Virus record (IMG/VR): IMGVR_UViG_3300042860_002533
Span: 1 to 63,793 of that record
Source: a virus
Lineage: Duplodnaviria > Caudoviricetes
Length of the DNA: 63,793 bases
Strand: one strand, 5' to 3'
The notes under the pieces are model-generated. The model was not told where the DNA came from and made no database searches. It saw only the letters and a list, made by a program, of their open reading frames with translations. Made by a program: the position numbers and the translations under genes. Positions 16,824-25,650 of the stretch are shown one piece after another. Each line of letters starts with the position of its first letter. Positions within the stretch are counted from its first letter, which is position 1.

Positions 16824-17773
16824 ATACCGTCCTTAGCTGCCCACGCCGAAGGCTCCGCACCGGGAGTGAACAACGACGTGTTCCACACCAAACCGGTGTA
16901 CCTGTAACCCGGCCCCGTAGCGATCAAATCATTGGTATCTTCCCAATACGCAAGCGGAGTGGCACCCGAGTTCTTAAAACAAGAAACACTTCGGTTCTGG
17001 CGGATATACCGGATGACGTAAATGTCGTTGTTCCGCACAATGTTATTCACCGGGCTATAACCAGGAACATCATCGTAAGTCGTTGGGGTTTTTCCCCGAA
17101 CAATGCGAACCTTGTCGTTGAAAATGCCGGTAGTGAACTGGACTCCCACCCAAGTTTTCATTGAGTAGTCGCTGCACAAAACCACCGTGCATTTACCGTC
17201 ACCCACATACATCATCGACACAGTTACAGTCAACGTATCTGTGTTCAAAGGTGCATACCACAACGCAGCCGCACTATTGAACAGTGAAAAGTTAGGGCCA
17301 AGAGTATTCGGTATATTCAGCGGATTGTCGTGAATGCTGATCGCATTACCGGAGCTACGCGGCACCCAATACTTGCCGACCTCTTTACGGTCAAACGTGT
17401 CAGAGAACTGCAATGCGTAGTTCGTAGAATCCGCAGTAGGAATCAACGGGTAACGGTGATCCGAACGCACCACCTTGCCGTAGGCCAAGTTCGCCACATC
17501 GCCGCTATCCTCAGTGAGCCGCAAGACGAAACGTGCGCCGTGAGGAATCGAATCCGCCTCATCAATCTCATTGAAATCAGCGAACCGGCCTTCCCACCGG
17601 CCTTGCACGCTGCCCGACCAAAGGGCCAGCTCAATACCGGCCTCGTCAGTGATGATAATTTCCGCCTTGGTCGACGCAGCATAATCCTTGCCAAGCCGAA
17701 CATTGCGGATGAAATTCTGGCCCTTGCTCAAATACAAAGAGTCAAGCCTCGGTGCCACCCCAATAGGCATCAA
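16820..17773 (-). CDS. Putative minor tail protein with lectin-like C-terminal domain
   Basis: Beta-rich, FSDTFDR motif, late operon position. Confidence 0.6.
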   Translation of the reverse strand: MMPIGVAPRLDSLYLSKGQNFIRNVRLGKDYAASTKAEIIITDEAGIELALWSGSVQGRWEGRFADFNEIDEADSIPHGARFVLRLTEDSGDVANLAYGKVVRSDHRYPLIPTADSTNYALQFSDTFDRKEVGKYWVPRSSGNAISIHDNPLNIPNTLGPNFSLFNSAAALWYAPLNTDTLTVTVSMMYVGDGKCTVVLCSDYSMKTWVGVQFTTGIFNDKVRIVRGKTPTTYDDVPGYSPVNNIVRNNDIYVIRYIRQNRSVSCFKNSGATPLAYWEDTNDLIATGPGYRYTGLVWNTSLFTPGAEPSAWAAKDGM

Positions 17774-17781
17774 TACCTCTT

Positions 17782-18489
17782 TTACATAATGGGCAGCAGA
17801 AGCATCTTCGCTACCGCCACCAACAACAACACCAAAGACAACGACCCCAGCGACAACTGAATCTTCGGGCTAGTGAACTTCGTTGCCACACTGCCGAAGA
17901 ACAACACCAAGGCGAACATGATCGTCAGAAGCGTGTACTTGCCGCCCGTGTCGCCGTAACTAGCGGACTCCTGCAACAGAGACTCCGCTTCAGCGGAGAA
18001 CCTTTCGGCTTTCTCCTGCCCTGGCGGAACATACTCATCCAACGTCAACGGGGTGCCCTTAGGTAGAGTCCCGTCAGCCGGATTACCCTCTGCGTCAACC
18101 GTGCTGCGAGACAACCACACAACCTGAGCCGAATCCAAAGCCGGGGAGAAACGATCCCGCAGAAAACCCGCAAGATCGTCCCGGTTCAACAGAACCGACT
18201 TCTCCCACTCCAACCACACAGCCGAATCAATGGCCGTTTCCTCAACAGCCTTCGCCGCGAACCGGTTAGATTCGGCCCGCACAATCGCGGCCTTGTCCCA
18301 CAACCCGTTTGCCTCGCCACCCCACCGGGAAGCTTCAAACGAAGCCCAGGTAGCCAAGATCGCGGCCACCGCCATGATGATCGCCATGACGTTCTCAAAC
18401 CAGCGTTGCCGCCGCTCCGGAACAGTCTCAGCGTGGCCCCTCGGCGGCTGCGCGAACAGAAACCCCTTGACCGCAGCCCACTGAATCAC
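17782..18489 (-). CDS. Integral membrane protein (DUF4337-like, 3 TM)
   Basis: AAILATWASFEASRW N-terminal TM plus two C-terminal TMs. Confidence 0.65.
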   Translation of the reverse strand: MIQWAAVKGFLFAQPPRGHAETVPERRQRWFENVMAIIMAVAAILATWASFEASRWGGEANGLWDKAAIVRAESNRFAAKAVEETAIDSAVWLEWEKSVLLNRDDLAGFLRDRFSPALDSAQVVWLSRSTVDAEGNPADGTLPKGTPLTLDEYVPPGQEKAERFSAEAESLLQESASYGDTGGKYTLLTIMFALVLFFGSVATKFTSPKIQLSLGSLSLVLLLVAVAKMLLLPIM

Positions 18490-18683
18490 AGCACCCCAGC
18501 AGTCTCAATATCAGTGATCGCCTGCATCAACTCCCAGGCATCATCCTTGTCCTGCGCGGAAGCCTGACAGTGCGCCAAATGATAGACAGCTAGCGCATCA
18601 GACATAACAAGCTGTTCCTCAAAAGTGGAATCGTCTGGCACGTCGGCGTAATGCTCATTGCACGCCGCACACACAACCCTCAC
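18486..18683 (-). CDS. Small hypothetical protein
   Basis: CxxC...H...C; coupled ORF. Confidence 0.6.
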   Translation of the reverse strand: MRVVCAACNEHYADVPDDSTFEEQLVMSDALAVYHLAHCQASAQDKDDAWELMQAITDIETAGVL

Positions 18684-19231
18684 TTCGCCTCAATTCTTGT
18701 CGCCCAACTCATCGCCGTAGTGACCAGAGTCTTTATCAGGGAAGTGCCCACTATCAGCCATGCTGCCCGATCCGTAACATCGAACGTAGGCTGCGAAATC
18801 GTTGTCACCACAGCCATAACGGTCACACCCATATCAACCACAATGTTCTGAAGAAATGTTCTCTGCGTAGTTGCGCCACCGGAGAACTTTTCTTCAAGAA
18901 TCTTGTCGTCAACTTCTTCTTCGACCTCGGACTTAATCATCCGCGCAATCGACTGATTCGCCCTGACACCCATCGCTTCTCGGCCCTCAACAACCGACTG
19001 GGTGATCGCAGAACGGATCGCCTCACGCAACTCCGCACCCACATCAACCCGAACCGCTTCCCCCGTCTGAGGGTTACGGGCAACCAAAGGAATATCGGGC
19101 TGCATCTGCTGAGGCGGCTGCTGATAATTCTGCTGTGGCGGCGGCTGGTACTGCTGTGGCGGCGGCTGGTAAGGCTGCACAGGCGGCGACGGCTCCCGGC
19201 GAGGCGGCGGACTCTCCCAAGGCATACTCAT
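18680..19231 (-). CDS. Putative holin with long Pro/Gln-rich N-terminal extension
   Basis: Directly after the endolysin; C-terminal RTFLQ motif and two hydrophobic helices. Confidence 0.65.
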   Translation of the reverse strand: MSMPWESPPPRREPSPPVQPYQPPPQQYQPPPQQNYQQPPQQMQPDIPLVARNPQTGEAVRVDVGAELREAIRSAITQSVVEGREAMGVRANQSIARMIKSEVEEEVDDKILEEKFSGGATTQRTFLQNIVVDMGVTVMAVVTTISQPTFDVTDRAAWLIVGTSLIKTLVTTAMSWATRIEAK

Positions 19232-20640
19232 CAGAAGCCCGCTCTCACATGGTCATACAACTCCCGCGCATTAACCCCAACCGACTCCGCAATGGCAAAC
19301 ACCATCGCCTGAGTCAGCAAGCCCTCGGCACGAACATTGAGAATCTGGCCTTCCAAATCCTCAACCCCAGAGTGGTGATGCGGCCGACCAGTCAGCGCAG
19401 TATTCGCACCAACCGGTTGGGGATCAGATACAGCGGGAGCCACAGGCTCTCTTGAAGGTACAAACTGAGCGGCAACCTGAAGGGCTTTGTGGTACCGCTG
19501 CACACGGTCGTCGTAGCCATGAAGCCCCCCATTAATAAGCCTACAGGTTTTCTCGTGATCCTCTCGGTCAGCAGCTTCATTGATCTGCGAACCTCTCGCC
19601 ACCGTCCAATACCAAGCAGCGCCAAGGAAACCAAAGGTATCACCGGCCAACTCATCAGGATGATCCAAGAAGTACGTCGGGGAAGGAACATGACCTTGTG
19701 CATACGCCCACTCCGAAACAAGTCGATGGTTTTCGGCCCCGGTGATCTGGATAGGACCGTGACCCTTATACTTTCTGCCGAAACCGGGCTGGGTATTTCC
19801 AAGATCGGCGCGGCCCTCATAAGCCGAACCATCAGCCAACTCCTGCATGTATTTCAGGCCCGCGCTCTCATGCCCGATTTGGGCGAACCACTGAGCAACC
19901 CGGCGCTCATTCGTACACTCCGACTGCGCCAGAGCATATTTCACCGCAGGAAGCAAAGCCTCATAACGCTCAATCGGCAAGCTGTCCCCCATAGCGAAGG
20001 ACAAAGCCTTAGCCTCATCCAAAGCCGAAGCAGGCCCAGGAAGCGTAGGAACTCCAACAGGCTCAGCATGGCCGTAGATGTAGCCCTTCGGCGGTACGAG
20101 GGTCGCACATTGGTCGAATTTTATCCAGTACACCGCAGGCTGGAAACCCGAATCCACAATCAGCACATGGCGAACACCGTTCTCATCCTCGCAGCATCCA
20201 AAAGCCGTAACGTAGTGATAAACGGTCCCGCCGCCGTAACTAGGATTGCGGACCTGCCCGTCAACCGGCGAAGGCCGCGAAGCCTTCGGATAATTGAACT
20301 GCGGCGCAACAAAGTTCAGTACCAGCGGCGCACCAGCATCAACAATCGACGTACAAATGTCGCGCCAGAACCTATCCTTTTCCGCAGGAGTAGGAGGATC
20401 GTGCGGCATCTCGACCAGCCGCCAATCCATGTGATGCGCCCTCTGCTGCAACACATCCCGAATCTGACCGATCCAGTCAGTTCCGCCCTCATGGGTGCGG
20501 CAATCACGCGCCAGGTCAAACTCATCAGCGTCAATTCCCAACGATAGGAGAATGTTCTCCGCACTCGCGGGGCCGCAATGGAAAATAGTGAGCTGAGTTG
20601 TACGGTCTACGGGAGGTAGTTGCAAAATCTTTTCAAACAC
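19231..20640 (-). CDS. Endolysin (Lysin A): C39-like peptidase plus GH19 glycosidase
   Basis: CGPAS...HY..A N-domain; AQIGHESAGL, YKGHGPIQITG..N, INGG..G..DR GH19 motifs. Confidence 0.93.
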   Translation of the reverse strand: MFEKILQLPPVDRTTQLTIFHCGPASAENILLSLGIDADEFDLARDCRTHEGGTDWIGQIRDVLQQRAHHMDWRLVEMPHDPPTPAEKDRFWRDICTSIVDAGAPLVLNFVAPQFNYPKASRPSPVDGQVRNPSYGGGTVYHYVTAFGCCEDENGVRHVLIVDSGFQPAVYWIKFDQCATLVPPKGYIYGHAEPVGVPTLPGPASALDEAKALSFAMGDSLPIERYEALLPAVKYALAQSECTNERRVAQWFAQIGHESAGLKYMQELADGSAYEGRADLGNTQPGFGRKYKGHGPIQITGAENHRLVSEWAYAQGHVPSPTYFLDHPDELAGDTFGFLGAAWYWTVARGSQINEAADREDHEKTCRLINGGLHGYDDRVQRYHKALQVAAQFVPSREPVAPAVSDPQPVGANTALTGRPHHHSGVEDLEGQILNVRAEGLLTQAMVFAIAESVGVNARELYDHVRAGF

Positions 20641-20675
20641 GGTTCTCCCCGCTGTTCAGTTGTTGTATTCAGTTC

Positions 20676-21041
20676 TTAACTGTTGTGCTGGCCGCGATCC
20701 TGCGCCAAGGCTGCGACCACATCAGACGGTTTAATCATCTTCGCGTTCCCCTGAAGGGAGAACGGAACTTTCCCAGCGCCCACAAGCTTCTTCAACCCGC
20801 TCGCGGTCACACCAATGACCATGCCTGGGATATATGACTGCGGCACAGCAGCATCAGGGTCTACCCCTGCCGCGTAAAACTGCTTCCCGCCACCAAGATC
20901 GGGCAACAGTGTTGCCTCGGAATCCATGAACTCCTGATAATCGCTGTCGCTGATCGTCACCCATCCGCACCTGAGCATCATTTCGCCCAACCTGTCAGGC
21001 AAGTCAGCTACCTGGGTGCCCTCAGAATTTTTTATATGCAT
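20676..21041 (-). CDS. Hypothetical protein
   Basis: ORF coupled to tail gene. Confidence 0.65.
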   Translation of the reverse strand: MHIKNSEGTQVADLPDRLGEMMLRCGWVTISDSDYQEFMDSEATLLPDLGGGKQFYAAGVDPDAAVPQSYIPGMVIGVTASGLKKLVGAGKVPFSLQGNAKMIKPSDVVAALAQDRGQHNS

Positions 21042-21778
21042 CAGTCAACTCGCACAAAGAAATTCACAACGAAGTGCTTCGGCCTAGTTTCGGGGTCGCC
21101 ACCATCTACACGGTTGCTGTTCAGACCGGGACGCAGGTACGCCTCGCCTGCTGCATACGAGGCAGAACCCGCTATGCCCCGTCCGCTGTCGCCTTGTCGG
21201 ATCGGGTCACGCGACGTGACGGTGAAGTCGGTGCGCGGTGCCCTAGTTGAGTCCTCGACGTGGGCGTTGAGCGCCCCGCCAGCCCACCCGGTTACGCCGC
21301 TTCTAGTTCCTGCACCACGCAGGAACGAGCCGCGCAGATCAGGCACCGTGTTGCGTTTGGTGAGCGTTGCATACGCGGTTCCTGCCACGCTGCGCCCATC
21401 GCAGAGCACCCACACCCCGGTCATGCCGCTGATCTCAGCCTCGGTGAGCAGCGACGAGATGACCGTCCCGATAGGTGACGGCTCCGCTTTGATCGCCGCG
21501 ACTTCGGCCTGGAGTTTGGTCAACTCGGCCCGCATCGCCACCGTCACCCCCTGCAACGCAGACGATTTACCGTTCAGATCAGTAAACCCGGCCTGCACGG
21601 TGTCCATCCGAGCCGAGATGGCGTTCAGGTAGGCCGCCATCTGATTACTGACCTGCGCCAAAGGCAGTGCAGGGTCCATCAGAGCATCGGAGATGAGCGT
21701 CTTTGTGTCGGCAGGAATCGTGCGCGGGAACTGCGCCCGCTGGCCGGGGCGATCCTGGTTACCGAAAATTGTCGCCAT
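21041..21778 (-). CDS. Tail fibre protein with tail-collar domain
   Basis: PIGTV, WVLCDG, VPDLRGSFLRG, ETRP motifs; coiled coil. Confidence 0.85.
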   Translation of the reverse strand: MATIFGNQDRPGQRAQFPRTIPADTKTLISDALMDPALPLAQVSNQMAAYLNAISARMDTVQAGFTDLNGKSSALQGVTVAMRAELTKLQAEVAAIKAEPSPIGTVISSLLTEAEISGMTGVWVLCDGRSVAGTAYATLTKRNTVPDLRGSFLRGAGTRSGVTGWAGGALNAHVEDSTRAPRTDFTVTSRDPIRQGDSGRGIAGSASYAAGEAYLRPGLNSNRVDGGDPETRPKHFVVNFFVRVD

Positions 21779-22326
21779 CAGAACACCTGATAAGAAATGC
21801 CGTCAAACTGCACGGTGTCGAACTTGCCGGTGGGGGCCGAAACGGAAATGCCGCCGTCTGTGCCGATGCGGACACCCGCAAGCCGGTACGACGTACCGGT
21901 GTCCACGGCGAACGCGGCGGCGTTGACTTCAAGCTGGGGATTCGGGATCGCGCCGTTCAATTTTCGGACACCCAACCCCGACCCCGGCGATGTAACCTTG
22001 ACAGCCACGGTGCCTCGCAGTTGCACCGTGCCGTTGATGAGTCGGGCCTCGACCAGTCCCGTGCCCGTGCCGTTGAGTGGGCAAGCCACCCAGTCGACGT
22101 TTGGCGGCACGGACTTGCCTCCGGTGAAAATGTTGCGGATCTCGGTGACGGTGCTGGCTGGCAGCGGAGGCGGTGCCGCCTTGTCGGCGGTCAGCGATTC
22201 CAGGTCTTTACGCATCGCTGCGATCACCGCTTCCATCACGGTGAAGTCACCATCAAACGGCGTTAGCGTGCGGGTGAACTTCTGAGGCTCACCCGCCCTA
22301 TCCTTGTTACCCAGGACCGTCATCAC
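21778..22326 (-). CDS. Minor tail / receptor-binding protein
   Basis: NGTVQLRG...IGTDG...FDGISY head-domain pattern. Confidence 0.7.
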   Translation of the reverse strand: MMTVLGNKDRAGEPQKFTRTLTPFDGDFTVMEAVIAAMRKDLESLTADKAAPPPLPASTVTEIRNIFTGGKSVPPNVDWVACPLNGTGTGLVEARLINGTVQLRGTVAVKVTSPGSGLGVRKLNGAIPNPQLEVNAAAFAVDTGTSYRLAGVRIGTDGGISVSAPTGKFDTVQFDGISYQVF

Positions 22327-23672
22327 TTACTCCCTGGGAAGTCGATGCCAGTAGCTTCGACCAACGCCGTCAGCAGATCGTTGAGTAGCCAGAACATTTC
22401 GGTGATGGACTGCACCGTCGCGGTCGGCCCGTTCATGGCGTTCATCACGTCCTGCACCAGCTTCGCTAGGTCGTTGTGGTTGGTATACACACCGCTGAAT
22501 AGGTCAACAATGGAGTTCTCCCACCGCTCAAAGAATTCCTTGTCTAAGTACTTCTCGGTCACCCAAGCGACAATCTCCGCGTCCTGCGCCTCAAGCCGCA
22601 CAGTCTCATCAACCGCGAACGCAGCCTGCTCACGCAGGGCAGCGATATCGGTTTCGCCGATCTTCTGCGCCAGTTCAGCTTTCATGGCGACGTTCTCCGC
22701 CTCAAGGGCGTCCAAGCGTGCCAGCAGCGAATCGACAACCGCCTGCGATACACCCTCACCGGAAAGCGCCGCTGCTTCCAACGCGGTGACGCGATCACCA
22801 AGCTCATCTTTGACAATCGCCTGAATCAGTACCGGCAACCCCGCCTGCACATCAGCCGCAGTCGGGTTGGCCGACACCGGCTTACCGGACAGCACCGACA
22901 GCAGTTGAGCAACAGCAACACTGCCGTCCGACAACGCCTGCCAGACCACCTCAACGTCAGCGACCGTCGCACCTGGCTTCACCGCAAGCAGATCAAGCAG
23001 AGGTTGAAGATTGGTTGCGTCGGGTAAACCGGCCAGGGCTGCGTCGATCTGCGTCTGGAACGTAGCCCCAAGGTTGCCGAAAACAGCAGCAACATCAGCG
23101 AGAGTGCCGCCGCCGCCAGGCTTCCCACCCAGAATGTTCACAACACCCTGAGACAAACCCACAGCGTCAGCGATCTGCTGGGCCTGCTCGGGACTCAGGC
23201 CAGCGGCAAGATCGCCGCCGCCAGCAGCCGCAGCGATCCCATCCCACACAGCCTGAACAGCCTGAGCAACCGACGCAGGGCCACCCGGCTTCTGAGCCAA
23301 ACCCCACACAAGCTCGTTCAGGCTTTCACCGGCCTGCCCAACTTCTGTATACATGCCCTTCAGGAGAACAACAGCCTGCTCTGCCGTCGCCGGTTTAACC
23401 GGGCTGCCGTCAATGTGCGCCAAGCGCGACAACAAATCCTTCAGAACGGCATCCACAGCGTTAGCATCACCCAACGCCGAAAAATCCAGTCCCGCAGCAG
23501 CATCCAAAATCATCTGCTCCAACAGAGCGTTATCCACCCCGCCAGCAGCCAAATTCCCTACCGCCGCAACAAGAAGCTCATAAGTAGGATTCGGCTTGCC
23601 AGTGATCGCAGCCGCGATCCTCTGGTCAAGCATCCAAGAGTTACTCCTAGGCAGCGCTTTAACCTTACTCAT
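22323..23672 (-). CDS. Helical / coiled-coil minor tail protein
   Basis: Long Ala-rich ORF in the tail module. Confidence 0.7.
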   Translation of the reverse strand: MSKVKALPRSNSWMLDQRIAAAITGKPNPTYELLVAAVGNLAAGGVDNALLEQMILDAAAGLDFSALGDANAVDAVLKDLLSRLAHIDGSPVKPATAEQAVVLLKGMYTEVGQAGESLNELVWGLAQKPGGPASVAQAVQAVWDGIAAAAGGGDLAAGLSPEQAQQIADAVGLSQGVVNILGGKPGGGGTLADVAAVFGNLGATFQTQIDAALAGLPDATNLQPLLDLLAVKPGATVADVEVVWQALSDGSVAVAQLLSVLSGKPVSANPTAADVQAGLPVLIQAIVKDELGDRVTALEAAALSGEGVSQAVVDSLLARLDALEAENVAMKAELAQKIGETDIAALREQAAFAVDETVRLEAQDAEIVAWVTEKYLDKEFFERWENSIVDLFSGVYTNHNDLAKLVQDVMNAMNGPTATVQSITEMFWLLNDLLTALVEATGIDFPGSK

Positions 23673-23714
23673 TGAAATCGTCACCCACAGTCTCCTCGAC
23701 CCTCTCAAGCGTCA

Positions 23715-23969
23715 CTAGCAATCATCCCCAGAAAGCGACTGCTCCACCTGCCGCTGTTCGATACCGACAACTTGCTCGGATTGACGCAGAACCGCAGCCA
23801 AAGCGTTAGCGCGGGCCTCGTCAGTCGGATCGCCCACCGCAATTTCATCAGGGCTGGTCGTCCACGCGGCCTTAACCTCGTCAGCGATCTCTGGGTGCGC
23901 CGCGATCACCGCGAGCAGAGCCGACTGCTTGGCCTTCAGGTCAGCAAAAACCTCGTCATAACGTGCCAT
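23715..23969 (-). CDS. Hypothetical protein
   Basis: AGGAG RBS before ATG. Confidence 0.65.
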   Translation of the reverse strand: MARYDEVFADLKAKQSALLAVIAAHPEIADEVKAAWTTSPDEIAVGDPTDEARANALAAVLRQSEQVVGIEQRQVEQSLSGDDC

Positions 23970-23983
23970 ATCTTTTTCTCCTG

Positions 23984-25099
23984 TCACCATGTTTGGAGCG
24001 CGGCCCTGCGCCACGCATGAGCCGTGCCATCACCTGTGTAGATGTACAAGTGGTTGCCGTCCTCAGCCCACATACCGGGAGCACCTGCGGTGGCTGAGTT
24101 GGTCGGAACGGTGGTCTTTACACCGACTGGGAAGGTCCGCGCTGACCCTGTAGGGCTGGCATCAGCGCCTACGTTGACTGTGACAGCGCCTTTGCCCTGC
24201 GGGGCCAAAGCGATCCCCACATCTGCCAACGAGCCAGAAACTCCACCGATCTGCACGAATGGAAAATCTTTTCTTGCAGTCCGAACCTCCACATACCCTT
24301 CGGGATCGCCCGTTGACCAACCAGTAACGCGAAACAGGGTTTCCCCGGAGTCTTTGACTTCAACCGTTTTGGCGTTAATCGCCGGGTTGTTCAACGTCGG
24401 ATCGTTCAAAAGCGGGGAAGTCAACGTCGGGAAGGTCAACGTCTTATTCGCAAGGGTTTGAGCACCCGTAGTGGTCACCACCGGCACGTTCCGCGCAGTC
24501 ACCACACCCGAACCCATAGGGAACAAATCAATGCCTGTGTTCGCGGAATTATCCACTGGCGTGGCATTGGAGAGCGCCTGGAATCGCACTACGTTGGCGA
24601 CTTCATCAACATTGACCTGCAACCGCGTCTTGAAGTTCTCGCTAGCACTGTTCTGGAAAACAGCGAACGGCACACTGTTCTTGTTCTCCAAACGAAGCCT
24701 GTAAAAGCCGGATGCGACAGTAGTCGAAGCCACAAGACGCACATCGCCATTCAGGTTAACCGAACCCAGAAGCACCGGGTCAGTCAAAGTTTTCTTCGAC
24801 CACACAGCCTCAAGATCGGTCAGCCACAGGGCGATCCGCGCTTTGAACGCCGACCAGGGGCTGCGTTTTACAACCCCGCCGTCCACGATCACAACCTCGT
24901 CGGACAAATCCGGCTCAGGCTTAACCGGAGCTAAATCTGGGTCAACCAAACCGTCAACGCCGTCCCGACCGGGTGCCCCGTCAACACCGTCGCTACCCGA
25001 CTCGCCTTTCTCGCCGCGAATACCGTCAACACCATCCCGGCCCGCAACACCACGATCCCCCTGCGGCCCCTTCAAATTCCCGGCAACAACCCACGCCAT
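23984..25099 (-). CDS. Tail fibre with collagen-like Gly-X-Y repeats
   Basis: GPQGDRGVAGRDGVDG...; QTLANKTLT motif. Confidence 0.85.
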   Translation of the reverse strand: MAWVVAGNLKGPQGDRGVAGRDGVDGIRGEKGESGSDGVDGAPGRDGVDGLVDPDLAPVKPEPDLSDEVVIVDGGVVKRSPWSAFKARIALWLTDLEAVWSKKTLTDPVLLGSVNLNGDVRLVASTTVASGFYRLRLENKNSVPFAVFQNSASENFKTRLQVNVDEVANVVRFQALSNATPVDNSANTGIDLFPMGSGVVTARNVPVVTTTGAQTLANKTLTFPTLTSPLLNDPTLNNPAINAKTVEVKDSGETLFRVTGWSTGDPEGYVEVRTARKDFPFVQIGGVSGSLADVGIALAPQGKGAVTVNVGADASPTGSARTFPVGVKTTVPTNSATAGAPGMWAEDGNHLYIYTGDGTAHAWRRAALQTW

Positions 25100-25100
25100 A

Positions 25101-25361
25101 TCAACTCTCCAATTTAAAAACAGTGCCCGAAACGGAATCTAAATACATGTCACCAGGCTTAGAACCAACAACATTCACAGGCGCACCATTACCAAAGAAC
25201 CAATTCGTCCCACCAGAAGAAACAGGCCCACCAGAACCAAGCCTTTTTAAAGACTCAACAATCAACTCCCAAGAAGGATTCGGAATACCAGTAATAGCAG
25301 AACCAATCCGCTGATCCAAAGTCCAACTATTCTTATTCGGCGGTTTAACCGGCTTCGCCAT
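25101..25361 (-). CDS. Small minor tail protein
   Basis: WFFGNGAP...GDMYLD motif; N-terminus paralogous to 22323..23672. Confidence 0.7.
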   Translation of the reverse strand: MAKPVKPPNKNSWTLDQRIGSAITGIPNPSWELIVESLKRLGSGGPVSSGGTNWFFGNGAPVNVVGSKPGDMYLDSVSGTVFKLES

Positions 25362-25366
25362 GAAAA

Positions 25367-25639
25367 TCAAACCTTCAATGCGTTGTTCTCAGAAGTGTGC
25401 AGCACACCCCAACCGGCCAGATTCGTGGTTTCAATCCAAGTGCGGTCGTCGGTGGAATAAACCCGCCAATACGTTTCGGCGTACTGGCGCACCCGCAAAG
25501 CCACATCCCCAGTAGCAGGGTTATGCAGCACCGTCCCAACACCCCTCTCGACAGCAACAGCCTCAAGAGCCGCTATGACTTTCGCCGCATCATCGTCCGA
25601 CAAATTCGCTTTAATGACGTTCTGAATTACTACGTCCAC
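25367..25639 (-). CDS. Hypothetical protein
   Basis: AAGGAG RBS before GTG. Confidence 0.65.
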   Translation of the reverse strand: MDVVIQNVIKANLSDDDAAKVIAALEAVAVERGVGTVLHNPATGDVALRVRQYAETYWRVYSTDDRTWIETTNLAGWGVLHTSENNALKV

Positions 25640-25650
25640 ACGTTTCTCCT

